This document shows, piece by piece, positions 1 through 9,044 of a stretch of 32,000 bases of DNA. Source of the DNA: Alphaproteobacteria bacterium (GTDB lineage Bacteria > Pseudomonadota > Alphaproteobacteria > Rs-D84); NCBI GenBank assembly GCA_017475605.1, contig JAFVFD010000005.1, forward strand, positions 210,001-242,000. Reading direction: 5' to 3'. Position numbers and translations under genes: made by a program. Positions within the stretch are counted from its first letter, which is position 1. Each line of letters starts with the position of its first letter. A model generated the notes under the pieces. The model was given only the letters and a program-made list of their open reading frames with translations, made no database searches and was not told the DNA's origin.

Positions 1-465
1 TAATTTTACCGGGTTGTTATCAAACACGACCGTCATATTGCCCAACCCTTCCTGGCCACGCAAATTCATCTTTAATGAAAATGTTTTTTCATTTGAACTT
101 GTATCAACAACATTTATATCGGCATTTCTTAAATCAATATTTTTGCGAATCAATATACCGGCCGGTGTACTGGTAAGGGGCACAGTTGTAATTTGATCCA
201 ACGATTTATCAAAAAAATATAAATCTTTGCCATCCGCAATAAGTTGTACCGGCATTTCATTATAGTCAAGACGCACACGCCCCGGACGCAACATTGAAAA
301 AGCTCCCTTGTCCGTACGCGCACCGGCCGTCTGGACAAAATCACCAGACAAGCCCGTTATACTATTTAAATATTTTTCCGCACGCGCGACCAATGCCGTA
401 TCCACCGCCGCATACGATGAATTAAAAGCAAGCACCGACAAAACAAAAACTAATAATTTTTTCAT
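1..465 (-). CDS. lolA: Outer-membrane lipoprotein carrier protein LolA (3' end cut by window edge)
   Basis: Absent from the supplied ORF track because it is open to the window edge. Minus-strand ATG at 463-465 reads MKKLLVFVLSVLAFNSSYA (signal peptide). It continues ...ITGLSGDFVQTAGARTDKGAFSMLRPGRVRLDYNEMPVQLIADGKDLYFFDKSLDQITTVPL..., the LolA-family pattern. No stop occurs before position 1. An SD-like AAGGGGA lies inside the upstream gene end. Confidence 0.7.
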   Translation of the reverse strand, partial: MKKLLVFVLSVLAFNSSYAAVDTALVARAEKYLNSITGLSGDFVQTAGARTDKGAFSMLRPGRVRLDYNEMPVQLIADGKDLYFFDKSLDQITTVPLTSTPAGILIRKNIDLRNADINVVDTSSNEKTFSLKMNLRGQEGLGNMTVVFDNNPVKL

Positions 466-468
466 TTC

Positions 469-1422
469 CTACATCCCCTTGAACGCATCTATTATTCTTT
501 TGTGGACATTTTCCAATGTGTCCCCACGCACAACCGCCCCCGCGGCACGTTCGTGTCCACCACCACCAAACGCAGATGCGATTTTATCAATCGCGACACT
601 GCGACTGCGAATAGAAATACCAATCTGGGTCTCTTTTTGTTCCTTTAACAAAACAACATATTCAACACCCTTAATCTGACCCAGGATATTAAGAATCATT
701 TCCCCACGCCCATCCATATTGCGATAATCACGACGTGAAATAGTCGCAATTGCCAACCGATTGCGATAGAAAAATTCGGCCCCCGCGGCAGCGGCTGCTT
801 CTACTAAAACAGCCTTGCGTGGTTTATTGTTCATCAATTCAACAAGATGATGAATATTTACCCCACCGTCAACTAAATCAGCCATAATTGACAATGACAT
901 ACCATTATGCGCAAATTTAAAATTGCCGGTATCTGTTAAAATAGCAATTGCCAACAAATCACGTATATCGGCATCATCGCGCCATGCCAGGTTTCGCATA
1001 ATACGATATAAAATCACACCAGTTGCATCTGCCCCATCATCATCAATACATAAATCTGCAATCGGGTTATCATTTATATGATGGTCTATTTCGACAACAT
1101 ATTTTGCGTTTTGAACAAATGTTAACGGACCGCCAACCTGGTGTTCGGCACCATAATCAAGCAATATTGCCAAATCAAAAGATTTTTTTACATCAACCTT
1201 GTCCCAACAATGTGCATTATTGCGCAACGGTATGTTATCCAGATAATCTGGCACATTACCGTCATAAACACATACGCACCTGGTGCCATAATTTTTTTCA
1301 ATCAACTGTGCCATCGCCAGCACAGAGCACAACGCATCGCCATCAGGATTTTTGTGTGCCATAACAACAATGCTTTTTGCACTGCGTAATTTTTCATCAA
1401 AGATTTTTATATTCTTTTCCAT
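469..1422 (-). CDS. nrnA: DHH/DHHA1 phosphoesterase, NrnA-like (oligoribonuclease / pAp phosphatase)
   Basis: 317 aa. Motifs seen: HKNPDGDALCS, EIDHH (DHH motif) and the C-terminal GGGGHERAAG (DHHA1). The ATG overlaps the recJ stop (TAATG at 1420-1424). Confidence 0.75.
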   Translation of the reverse strand: MEKNIKIFDEKLRSAKSIVVMAHKNPDGDALCSVLAMAQLIEKNYGTRCVCVYDGNVPDYLDNIPLRNNAHCWDKVDVKKSFDLAILLDYGAEHQVGGPLTFVQNAKYVVEIDHHINDNPIADLCIDDDGADATGVILYRIMRNLAWRDDADIRDLLAIAILTDTGNFKFAHNGMSLSIMADLVDGGVNIHHLVELMNNKPRKAVLVEAAAAAGAEFFYRNRLAIATISRRDYRNMDGRGEMILNILGQIKGVEYVVLLKEQKETQIGISIRSRSVAIDKIASAFGGGGHERAAGAVVRGDTLENVHKRIIDAFKGM

Positions 1423-3188
1423 TATCCCAACGCGATATCTTCTATCATGAACTGGGGCGACACATGCCCGTTATATTCATTCTTCTTTAATTTACCCAAC
1501 AATGTTATTGTAGTGTTTGTATTCGCATCGTCCAGTAAAAAATTACCAACCGGCGTACCAACCAAATTAAACCCGACAAACGCCAAATTATTACCCTGCA
1601 TAGTCGAAACATTCCCACGAAGGTGTGAACCATTCCCCATAACCGTTGCATAGCGTAACCTTGCACCGTGCAAAACCAATGTTGGTTCTGGATTTCCCTG
1701 GCCGAACGGTTCCAAAACAGATAACTTTTCAATCAAATCCAGGGTTGCGCCGGCGGCATCTATTTCTGCATCAACCAAAGTTTCCCTTTCTGGTGCCTGA
1801 CCATTTAATTGTTCGCGAACGGCACTTTCCAAAAATTCACAGAACGCGTTTTCGTTTCCTTCTGGCAGCGAAAAACCGGCTGCCGCCGCATGCCCGCCAC
1901 CTTCGGACAATATACCGGCCGCCAGTGCCATATGTATAATATGCCCCAAATCAACCCCGGCAATTGAACGGCCCGAACCGTTAATCATACCATCTGATTT
2001 TGTCGCAACACATGTCGGCAGGCAATATCTGTCTTTTAATCTTCCGGCAATAATTCCCATAACCCCACCATGCCATCCATCGCCACAAACGAACAGACTG
2101 CATTTACCACTTTCGCAACAACGGTCCGCCATTTCGGTCGCACGTGCCATAATAGCATTTTGAATATCAATGCGTTCCCGGTTCATATCATTTAATTGAT
2201 GCGCCAAATCAGATGCAACCAATGAATTGTCGGTCAATAATAATTCCAACGCAGGTGCCGCCGAATCCAAACGCCCCGCCGCATTAAGCCGCGGCCCAAG
2301 TGCAAACCCCGCCGAATAGACCGATGCATGCTTAATTTCTGCAACGTCCATTAACACCCGCAACCCAAGGTTCTGCCGTCTGTCCAGGACCTGAAGTCCG
2401 GTCGCCACAAATGCGCGATTAAGTCCCACCAGTGGCATTGTGTCGCATATAGTCCCAAGTGCAACAAGATCTAAATAAGAACTTGGGTTTATATTATCTA
2501 TCTTTTCACGCAGGTCCGCATTCAAATCACGTCCACGCAATTCGCGTCGCAACGCAACAACTGTCATAAACGCGACCCCAACCCCAGCCATATAGGACAA
2601 ACCCGAAGTATCATCGGCACGTTTTGGATTCACAACGGCATCACCCGCCGGCAATGTTTCATCTGGTGAATGATGGTCTGTTACAACGATTTTTAAACCG
2701 CGTGATTTTGCGTATGCTACTTCATCAATACCACTTATTCCACAATCGACAGTTATTATCAATTTTGCGCCACCGGCAATAATATCGTCAATTGCACTTG
2801 TATTCAAACCATAGCCTTCGCCTTCGCGGGTGGGCAAATGCCATGTAACATCACACCCCAACGCGCGCAGGTATTTAACCAACACCGCAGTTGATGTAAT
2901 ACCATCAACATCATAGTCGCCATATATCGCAATTTTATCATGCGCCAAAACCGCATCTGCAATTACACGCGCCGCCACATCCATATCACGCATAGTTGAC
3001 GGGTCCGGCATATTATTTTTGATGCTGGGATTAAGGAAATGTTCAACATCATCGGGCGATGTAATACCACGCCTTGATAATATTTTTTCTACTAAACGGT
3101 CGGTTGCATATGTACTATTTTCCGAATCTTCATACGCATCCACAACCCATGTCCGACCCAACATGGATTTATCAACTATTCTTCTCAC
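1422..3188 (-). CDS. recJ: Single-stranded-DNA-specific exonuclease RecJ
   Basis: 588 aa. Motifs seen: YGDYDVDGITS, VTVDCGIS, VVTDHH and GGGHAAAAG, the RecJ DHH/DHHA1 motif set. The track start at 3188 is GTG with AAGAG 7 nt upstream. An alternative ATG lies at 3164. Confidence 0.9.
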   Translation of the reverse strand: MRRIVDKSMLGRTWVVDAYEDSENSTYATDRLVEKILSRRGITSPDDVEHFLNPSIKNNMPDPSTMRDMDVAARVIADAVLAHDKIAIYGDYDVDGITSTAVLVKYLRALGCDVTWHLPTREGEGYGLNTSAIDDIIAGGAKLIITVDCGISGIDEVAYAKSRGLKIVVTDHHSPDETLPAGDAVVNPKRADDTSGLSYMAGVGVAFMTVVALRRELRGRDLNADLREKIDNINPSSYLDLVALGTICDTMPLVGLNRAFVATGLQVLDRRQNLGLRVLMDVAEIKHASVYSAGFALGPRLNAAGRLDSAAPALELLLTDNSLVASDLAHQLNDMNRERIDIQNAIMARATEMADRCCESGKCSLFVCGDGWHGGVMGIIAGRLKDRYCLPTCVATKSDGMINGSGRSIAGVDLGHIIHMALAAGILSEGGGHAAAAGFSLPEGNENAFCEFLESAVREQLNGQAPERETLVDAEIDAAGATLDLIEKLSVLEPFGQGNPEPTLVLHGARLRYATVMGNGSHLRGNVSTMQGNNLAFVGFNLVGTPVGNFLLDDANTNTTITLLGKLKKNEYNGHVSPQFMIEDIALG

Positions 3189-3231
3189 ACTATACTCTTT
3201 TTTTTATTATCAAGAGTATTATAACTGAAAA

Positions 3232-4863
3232 TTATTCAAATAGCAATGGCAGTATCGCGCTTAATATTTTCCCAGCCGTCGGCACCGCATTCCATGCCGA
3301 TGTTCGCAGGTTCCAAGTTTCCTTGATTCCCTTTGGCTCGTCCAAAATTACCAACAAAATATATTGTGGTGCATCAACTGGGAACACCGCAACAAAGGCC
3401 GTTTGGTTGCGTTTTGTATCGTTATGTCCCCCAAGGTATTTTTCCGCGGTTCCTGTTTTACCACCAATCTTAAACCCGGCAACACGCGCATTACGACCAC
3501 TGGTTTCTTCGACAACGCCATACATTATTTGACGCAACCTCGCCGATATTTCTTCACTTAAAACGCGTTCGCCACGCACCGCACCAATGGTGCGTTTTTG
3601 TATTGTTGGATAAATATAAATACCACCATTTGTCATCGCATTAACCGCCAACAATAAATGCATAGGCGTTACCGAAATACCATGGCCATATGACATTGTT
3701 GCGCGTTCAACCGGCCCCCATTTGCGTGGCATAAGCGGACGTTCGGTTCTGCCGAATTCAAGATTTAATTTTTCATCCAAATGTAACCGATGGAAAAATT
3801 CTTTCTGGGTGCCATCTGGAAAATCCAGCGCAATTTGCGCACTGCCTACATTACAAGAATGTAACATAATTTCTTCGACCGACATTGTCGGTGTTTTGGG
3901 CTTAAAGGACGCGACATCTGTAACACGATGTGCCACACGACCATTTTTATCTAATATTGGATACGGCTTGTTTATAACATATTTTTTGTTTATGCCGTTT
4001 TCCATCGCCATGGCTGTATTAAATATTTTGAAAATAGACCCCATTTCAAAAACACCACGCAACGGTTTGAACATATGATTTGCCGCCGGGTCCAGCCCCC
4101 TGTTTTCCGGATCAAAGTCCGGCAAAGACACCATCGCCAGCATTTCACCCGTACGCGAATTCATAAGCAACCCAATCGCACCACGTGCATCGTATTTCTG
4201 CATAGCAATAGATAATTGTTCGTATACAACCGTCTGTAATCGCGTATCCAACGACAGTTTCAACGGATCAAGATTTTCAGACAAATAATCATCAAATATG
4301 CTTTCCACCCCTTCAAGTCCATGGCCGTTTTCCCCAACAAAACCAACTATATGTGAAAACAATCTGTGTTTCGGATATTTACGTGTCTGAACACGTTTGA
4401 CATCAAGACCTTCTATACGGGCGGCGCGCACCATATTACATTTTTCTTCTGATATATTTTTCGCCAACGGTTTATAGCGCGTCGTGTTATATACCAATGA
4501 AATAGCATCCGACAAAGAATATTTATACGGTAAAACATTATGTATTATTTCAGCGGCACGTTCTTTATTTTTATCCGCCAGACGAGATGGCACCAATGCC
4601 ATATCACACGAAGCTATGTTTTTAGCCAAAATATCAACCCCGTTTCTGTCCACGATATCCGCACGCGATGCATTCCAGTCTGTTGCACGAAAACTGCGAT
4701 TTTCATCAGACCCCACAAACCCAAGATACAATGTCCGAATCACAAAAATCGCAAACACCACACAAAAGAACCCCAACACAAGTGCCATACGCAATCTGCT
4801 TACGCGGGGCGTTTGTAAATCATTCATATTGTGTTTAAAAATATCGTGGCCTATTTCAAACAT
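3232..4863 (-). CDS. ftsI: Peptidoglycan D,D-transpeptidase FtsI (PBP3-class penicillin-binding protein)
   Basis: 543 aa with an N-terminal TM helix. Motifs seen: SxxK (GSIFKIF), SxN (HSCNVG) and KTGTA. It sits directly after an ftsL-like gene, with a TAATG overlap at 4861-4865. Confidence 0.85.
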   Translation of the reverse strand: MFEIGHDIFKHNMNDLQTPRVSRLRMALVLGFFCVVFAIFVIRTLYLGFVGSDENRSFRATDWNASRADIVDRNGVDILAKNIASCDMALVPSRLADKNKERAAEIIHNVLPYKYSLSDAISLVYNTTRYKPLAKNISEEKCNMVRAARIEGLDVKRVQTRKYPKHRLFSHIVGFVGENGHGLEGVESIFDDYLSENLDPLKLSLDTRLQTVVYEQLSIAMQKYDARGAIGLLMNSRTGEMLAMVSLPDFDPENRGLDPAANHMFKPLRGVFEMGSIFKIFNTAMAMENGINKKYVINKPYPILDKNGRVAHRVTDVASFKPKTPTMSVEEIMLHSCNVGSAQIALDFPDGTQKEFFHRLHLDEKLNLEFGRTERPLMPRKWGPVERATMSYGHGISVTPMHLLLAVNAMTNGGIYIYPTIQKRTIGAVRGERVLSEEISARLRQIMYGVVEETSGRNARVAGFKIGGKTGTAEKYLGGHNDTKRNQTAFVAVFPVDAPQYILLVILDEPKGIKETWNLRTSAWNAVPTAGKILSAILPLLFE

Positions 4864-5150
4864 TATTGTCGTTCCGGTATATCAGTTATGGAAATATTTT
4901 TTTGGAAACCGACCGTTTCCGCCTTGCTATTTATAATTTTTACTGCGTTACCTAAAACTTCGGGGCGAACATAGGATGCAAAATCTGTTTCCGCAACAGC
5001 AATCGCCTGTTTAGTTTGGATAATATCAGCACGCACACGATTTAACACACGATTTTGCGTACGATAACACACCTGTAACATAACAGTCAGCACCGCCATT
5101 ATAATCAACGACCATGCACCGATGTGAAACATTTTCTCGTCTTCGTTCAT
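4863..5150 (-). CDS. ftsL: Small single-pass membrane protein in the ftsL position (FtsL-like division protein)
   Basis: 95 aa with one hydrophobic helix (AWSLIIMAVLTVMLQV). SD-like GAAAGGGGA lies upstream and the stop overlaps the ftsI ATG. The call rests mainly on position immediately 5' of ftsI; the sequence itself is not diagnostic. Confidence 0.5.
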   Translation of the reverse strand: MNEDEKMFHIGAWSLIIMAVLTVMLQVCYRTQNRVLNRVRADIIQTKQAIAVAETDFASYVRPEVLGNAVKIINSKAETVGFQKNISITDIPERQ

Positions 5151-5187
5151 ATCCCCTTTCCCCGATTTTATTCTTAAATACAGTTTA

Positions 5188-5550
5188 TCATAAATTATGT
5201 AAAAAGCGAATCATTGAATTTACCCCATTCAATCGCCCCGCCCCAAGATTTATATTCAGGTCTGAAAATAATTTCATAATATCTATTTTTTTTATTTCGT
5301 CCGGTGTTTTCCCATCCACAATTGCCACCATTATCGCAACAATTCCACGCACCAAATCTGAATCAGCCATACCATAAAACCGATTCCCCGCACGGCATAT
5401 TTCCACATGCGATGCACAGCCCGTAATCTCGCTACATACCGCCCCATCCGGCACCGGCGATAATTGTTTACCAAGGTCCATCACCATTTCCAACCGTACA
5501 ACCGGATCGTCCACCGCCGACAAAATATTTTTAATTTCGTCATATGTCAT
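5188..5550 (-). CDS. sufE: Sulfur acceptor SufE/CsdE-like protein
   Basis: Motifs seen: ITGCASHVEI (the GCxSxV active-site Cys motif), then MADSDLVRGIVAIM and GKTPDEI, as in SufE. I place the start at ATG 5548-5550 (MTYDEIKN). That is 2 nt after the stop of the upstream DUF59 gene. The longer track ORF to 5631 would overlap that gene. Confidence 0.75.
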   Translation of the reverse strand: MTYDEIKNILSAVDDPVVRLEMVMDLGKQLSPVPDGAVCSEITGCASHVEICRAGNRFYGMADSDLVRGIVAIMVAIVDGKTPDEIKKIDIMKLFSDLNINLGAGRLNGVNSMIRFLHNL

Positions 5551-5552
5551 TT

Positions 5553-5867
5553 TTACCAGCCCCCTTCGGTAAGGTCCAGTTCCACACGCGCCGCATCCGA
5601 CATCATGGAAAGGTTCCATGGTGGGTCCCATACCAATTCCACGCGCACCGGCGTACCCTGGGCCACAGCAATAACCGCATTTTTAATTTGTGCCAACATT
5701 TCCTCCATTAACGGACATGTCGGACTGGTAAAAGTCATTGTTACAACAACTTCCTTGTCGGTTATTGCGATATCGTACACCAAACCCAAATCCCAAATAT
5801 TAACCGGGATTTCCGGGTCATACACCGTTTTCAATGCGCCGATAATATCTTCACGTGTTGTGACCAT
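5553..5867 (-). CDS. sufT: DUF59/MIP18-family Fe-S assembly protein (SufT-like)
   Basis: 104 aa. TVYDPEIPVNIWDLGLVYDI and TFTSPTCP form the typical DUF59 core. TAATG overlap with sufS at 5865-5869. Confidence 0.7.
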   Translation of the reverse strand: MVTTREDIIGALKTVYDPEIPVNIWDLGLVYDIAITDKEVVVTMTFTSPTCPLMEEMLAQIKNAVIAVAQGTPVRVELVWDPPWNLSMMSDAARVELDLTEGGW

Positions 5868-6973
5868 TATTTTACAATTCCCCGTATTACATCAACCACC
5901 ACTTTGGCATCGTCCATTGTATTCCATGGCCCAACAGAAATACGAATTGAACCATCTATTCCCATGGCACTGTGTATCCATGATGCACACATATTTCCAA
6001 CACGCACACAAATATCATGCGCACCTATCAATGCCCCGAAATCCAGCACATGCATATTGTCCACCACAAAAGAAATCAATTTAGCATCTGGTTCTGTTAA
6101 CAAACGAATGTGCGACATTTTTGAAAGCGCATCATACATATAAGAAATAATATCACCTGCGCCAGACCACGATTGCCATTCTTGTATTGCGACCGGCAAT
6201 CCGGCAATTTGTGTTAATGGTAATGTGCCCGCCTCGAACTTATTTGGGGACGCATCAATTGTCCAATTATCCCCAGATATTGTTTGTACCATTCCGCCAC
6301 CGAATTTATCAGGATTATACGAATCGGAGTTTGCAATATACATTACACCAACACCCGTATCAGCCCCGATTTTATGCCCCGAAAAACACATAAAATCACA
6401 GTTCCATGTTTTCACATTAATTGGTTTGTGCGCCACATATTGCGCGGCATCAACAATTGTAATTACATTCCTTTTCTTTGCGCGCGCTGCCGCAACGATT
6501 TCCCGTACATTTTGCGCGGCCCCCAACACATTGGACATAGCAGTAATCACAACAACATCGGCGGTCGGCATATTTTCATAATCAATATCATAATTTTTGG
6601 TAAGTGGTATTTTTACCAATTTTATTTTGCCAGTTCGCGCCAAATGTTCCCACGGCATACGCGCACTGTGATGGTCCAAATCAGACACCGCAACGGTTTT
6701 TATATCACATGATTCGCGCACGATATTCACGATTCGGTTCATTCCATCGGTTGTGCCAGATGTAAAAACGACCTGGTTCGGATATTCGGCACTGATAAAA
6801 TCTGCAACTGCGAACCTTGCATCTGCCAACATTTTATCCGCCGCTGCCGCGCGACCACATACCCCCCGCCCGGTATTAGCATATGATTCGCGTAAAAATG
6901 CGCCCTCGGCCGCGATAACAGATTCCGGTTTTAATGCGCTTGCCGCCGCGTCTAAGTATATGTTTTTATTCAT
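5867..6973 (-). CDS. sufS: Class V aminotransferase, group II cysteine desulfurase (SufS/CsdA-like)
   Basis: 368 aa. PLP-lysine motif FSGHKIG and a C-terminal active-site Cys segment VRVGNMCASW, comparable to the SufS R-x-G-H-H-C-A motif. Co-oriented with sufT and sufE. Shorter than typical SufS. Confidence 0.75.
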   Translation of the reverse strand: MNKNIYLDAAASALKPESVIAAEGAFLRESYANTGRGVCGRAAAADKMLADARFAVADFISAEYPNQVVFTSGTTDGMNRIVNIVRESCDIKTVAVSDLDHHSARMPWEHLARTGKIKLVKIPLTKNYDIDYENMPTADVVVITAMSNVLGAAQNVREIVAAARAKKRNVITIVDAAQYVAHKPINVKTWNCDFMCFSGHKIGADTGVGVMYIANSDSYNPDKFGGGMVQTISGDNWTIDASPNKFEAGTLPLTQIAGLPVAIQEWQSWSGAGDIISYMYDALSKMSHIRLLTEPDAKLISFVVDNMHVLDFGALIGAHDICVRVGNMCASWIHSAMGIDGSIRISVGPWNTMDDAKVVVDVIRGIVK

Positions 6974-7002
6974 TTATGTTTTCTCTTGCTTTTTCTAGCG
7001 AT

Positions 7003-7008
7003 TATAAT
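7003..7008 (+). promoter_or_regulatory. Candidate -10 box (TATAAT) for trxA-dksA
   Basis: A perfect TATAAT lies 40 nt upstream of the trxA ATG. AAGGGAG SD at 7034-7040. No convincing -35 at 17-nt spacing: TTGCTT is only 11 nt away. Confidence 0.3.
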
Positions 7009-7047
7009 ACACTTTAGCCAAATATCAATAACCAAGGGAGAAAAAAG

Positions 7048-7368
7048 ATGGCATTACAACACGCTAACGACGAAACTTTTTCAAGTATGATTGGTAATGG
7101 CATTACATTGGTTGATTTTTGGGCAACATGGTGCGGTCCATGCCGTATGTTCGGCCCAATTTTCGAAAGTGTTTCCGAAAAAATTACCGATGTTAATTTT
7201 GTCAAATTTGAAATTGATGACACAAACCGTCAAACACCTGTTAAGTTTGGCATCCGCAGTATCCCAAGTGTCTTGGCATTTAAAAACGGCGAACTAGTCG
7301 AGGCTCGTACAGGGTTAATGGACGAAGAAACAGTTGTGGCATGGATTAATGAATTAAAGGCTTCCTAA
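7048..7368 (+). CDS. trxA: Thioredoxin
   Basis: 106 aa with the WCGPC active site (DFWATWCGPCRM) and the IRSIPSVLAFKNGE cis-Pro region. Confidence 0.95.
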   Translation: MALQHANDETFSSMIGNGITLVDFWATWCGPCRMFGPIFESVSEKITDVNFVKFEIDDTNRQTPVKFGIRSIPSVLAFKNGELVEARTGLMDEETVVAWINELKAS

Positions 7369-7369
7369 G

Positions 7370-7801
7370 ATGGCAAAAAAAGATTTCAAAAAGATTGTTT
7401 TACCACCAAAATATGTTCCAAAGAAATCTGAACCATATATGTGTCCAGAACAGTTGGCTTATTTTTATCAGTTATTGACCGCACAAAAGACAGAATTACA
7501 ACACGCATCTGGCGATGTATTAAATTCTGTTCGTATGGCGGAAAAATCATCATCAGAAGGTGTTGGCGACGATTCGGACAGCGCAACATTGGAACAAGAA
7601 ATCACAATGAATTTGCGTATGAGTCAACGCGACAGCAATTTGATGCGCAAAATTGATGCCGCATTGGCCCGCATTGAAGACGGCACATATGGTTACAGTG
7701 TCGTATCCGGTGATGAAATCGGTATTGGACGTATGTTGGCACGCCCCCTGGCGACAATGACTATCGAAGAACAGGAAGAATACGAACAACGCAAAAATTA
7801 A
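7370..7801 (+). CDS. dksA: RNA polymerase-binding transcription factor DksA (zinc-finger cysteines absent)
   Basis: 143 aa. Coiled-coil tip motif DDSDSATLEQE (DxxDxA). The C-terminal IEDGTYGYSVVSGDEIGIGRMLARPLATMTIEE aligns with the E. coli DksA C4 region, with Ser/Ser/Thr/Glu in place of the four Cys. Confidence 0.8.
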   Translation: MAKKDFKKIVLPPKYVPKKSEPYMCPEQLAYFYQLLTAQKTELQHASGDVLNSVRMAEKSSSEGVGDDSDSATLEQEITMNLRMSQRDSNLMRKIDAALARIEDGTYGYSVVSGDEIGIGRMLARPLATMTIEEQEEYEQRKN

Positions 7802-7814
7802 AATAAAAAGATAT

Positions 7815-7845
7815 AAAAAACACCGGCAAACGCCGGTGTTTTTTT
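7815..7845. terminator. Bidirectional rho-independent terminator (dksA / tatA convergent)
   Basis: Stem CACCGGC (7821-7827) pairs with GCCGGTG (7832-7838). It is flanked by an A-run at 7815-7820 and a T-run at 7839-7845, so it works on both strands. Confidence 0.7.
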
Positions 7846-7860
7846 GTCCAACCAAACTTA

Positions 7861-8115
7861 TTATTTTTTTACCGTTTTTTTCGCTGGTACTTTTTTAGCA
7901 ACCGCTTTTTTTACAGGTTTCTTTTTCGCAGGTACCTTTTTCACAACAGGTTTTTCCACCGGTTCCGCAGATGCCTTTGGTTCCGATTTCATTTCTTTTT
8001 TGAAAACATTTAACCCATCTGCCAGATTCTTCATCATACCAGGAATCTTGGCATGACCAAAAAGAATCACGACCAACAAAACGATTAAAAGTATTTCCCA
8101 AACACCCATACGCAT
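7861..8115 (-). CDS. tatA: Twin-arginine translocase subunit TatA/E
   Basis: 84 aa. The N-terminus MRMGVWEILLIVLLVVILFGHAKIPGMMKNLADGLNVFKKEMK matches the TatA TM-hinge-amphipathic helix pattern (LLFG). It has a Lys-rich repetitive tail (KKVPAKKKPVKKAVAKKVPAKK). AAGGAGA SD lies 5 nt upstream. No tatB or tatC is adjacent. Confidence 0.85.
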   Translation of the reverse strand: MRMGVWEILLIVLLVVILFGHAKIPGMMKNLADGLNVFKKEMKSEPKASAEPVEKPVVKKVPAKKKPVKKAVAKKVPAKKTVKK

Positions 8116-8137
8116 TTTTATCTCCTTATACTAATCA

Positions 8138-8974
8138 CTATTTTGCGACATAGCAATCAAGGCCATCAGATTTCGCATTCTGACAGAATCCATTTGCATC
8201 ATTTGATGTTGCAAACGATACACGCAAACGATATGTCGTTTTACCATTTGGCAACTGCGCCGCCAAAATCACGAATTGTTTACCACTAAACAAACTTGCA
8301 TGGCCTTTGCGCATTTGACGTTCTGCGCTTTCCGCCGCCGCACGCGTTGTGTACGAACCAAATTGAACAAACCATTTGCCCGCTGCAATTGGTGCCGTTT
8401 TTTGAACAGTCTTGGCCGCGGGTTTCGCAACAGGTTTTGGTTGCGCGACCGGTTTTGGCTGTGGCTGGGCCACAGGTTGCGGTTGTGCCGCAGGTTTTGG
8501 TGCCGCCTGGGTCGCCGGTTTATCCGGATTAAATGTAACATCACGACGGTCGGCCACCACGCGTACAGGCACGCCATTGTTTTCCGCAACTGGTGCCGGC
8601 ATTGGTGCTGGTTGTGGCTGGACCGCAGGTTTTGGTGCTGGGGCCGGCATTGGCATCGGTGCTGGCTGTACAGCAACCGGTTGCGCCGGAACATTTAATG
8701 TATCATTTGGTGCCGGTACATTAACCATCGTGGGTTCTGGTTCGGCGACCACCTCGGGCGCATCCAAATTGATTTCCACAGATTTCGATGAATTACCACC
8801 GATGGTACGAATGATGACATATGTTGCCAAAATAATAACGATTAACCCCAGCCCCATTAACAACCATGGCTTGCGCGGACGTGGTGCGGCAAAAGGTGTT
8901 GTTTCCGGCAACGATTCAACAGGTGTATCATCGTCTAAATCTAAAAAGTCCATATTGTTTTCTTCTTGTTCCAT
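8138..8974 (-). CDS. SPOR-domain (septal peptidoglycan-binding) membrane protein with Pro-rich linker
   Basis: One TM helix (WLLMGLGLIVIILATYVII), then a long P/A/Q/V-rich repeat region. The C-terminal GKWFVQFGSYTTRAAAESAERQMRK...YRLRVSFATSNDANGFCQ is SPOR-like. Start chosen at MEQEE (8974), which has GGGGGA 6 nt upstream. The track ORF extends to 8989. Confidence 0.75.
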   Translation of the reverse strand: MEQEENNMDFLDLDDDTPVESLPETTPFAAPRPRKPWLLMGLGLIVIILATYVIIRTIGGNSSKSVEINLDAPEVVAEPEPTMVNVPAPNDTLNVPAQPVAVQPAPMPMPAPAPKPAVQPQPAPMPAPVAENNGVPVRVVADRRDVTFNPDKPATQAAPKPAAQPQPVAQPQPKPVAQPKPVAKPAAKTVQKTAPIAAGKWFVQFGSYTTRAAAESAERQMRKGHASLFSGKQFVILAAQLPNGKTTYRLRVSFATSNDANGFCQNAKSDGLDCYVAK

Positions 8975-9001
8975 GCGAAATCCCCCCATATGTATGGCTA
9001 T

Positions 9002-9010
9002 ATTATATCA
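9002..9010 (-). promoter_or_regulatory. Candidate extended -10 promoter (TGATATAAT) for the SPOR-tatA unit
   Basis: The minus strand reads TGATATAAT. It lies 28 nt upstream of the 8974 ATG. Confidence 0.35.
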
Positions 9011-9044
9011 TAAAAAAAGCCATTTACCAAATGTTATCGGCAAA

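Noticed and set aside
3189-3231. Hairpin ATACTCTT-(12 nt)-AAGAGTAT between ftsI and recJ as a terminator
   Set aside because: The stem is AT-rich with a large loop, and no U-tract follows on the transcribed strand. It overlaps the likely recJ SD, so at most it is a translational or stability element. Not reported as a feature.
5551-5631. Longer sufE start (MGPTMEPFHD...)
   Set aside because: It would overlap the 3' end of the DUF59 gene by 79 nt, and the extension is not SufE-like. The ATG at 5550 gives a 2-nt intergenic junction.
5464-6084. 206-aa plus-strand ORF spanning sufE/sufT/sufS
   Set aside because: It crosses three well-supported minus-strand genes and their junctions. It has no motifs or start signals.
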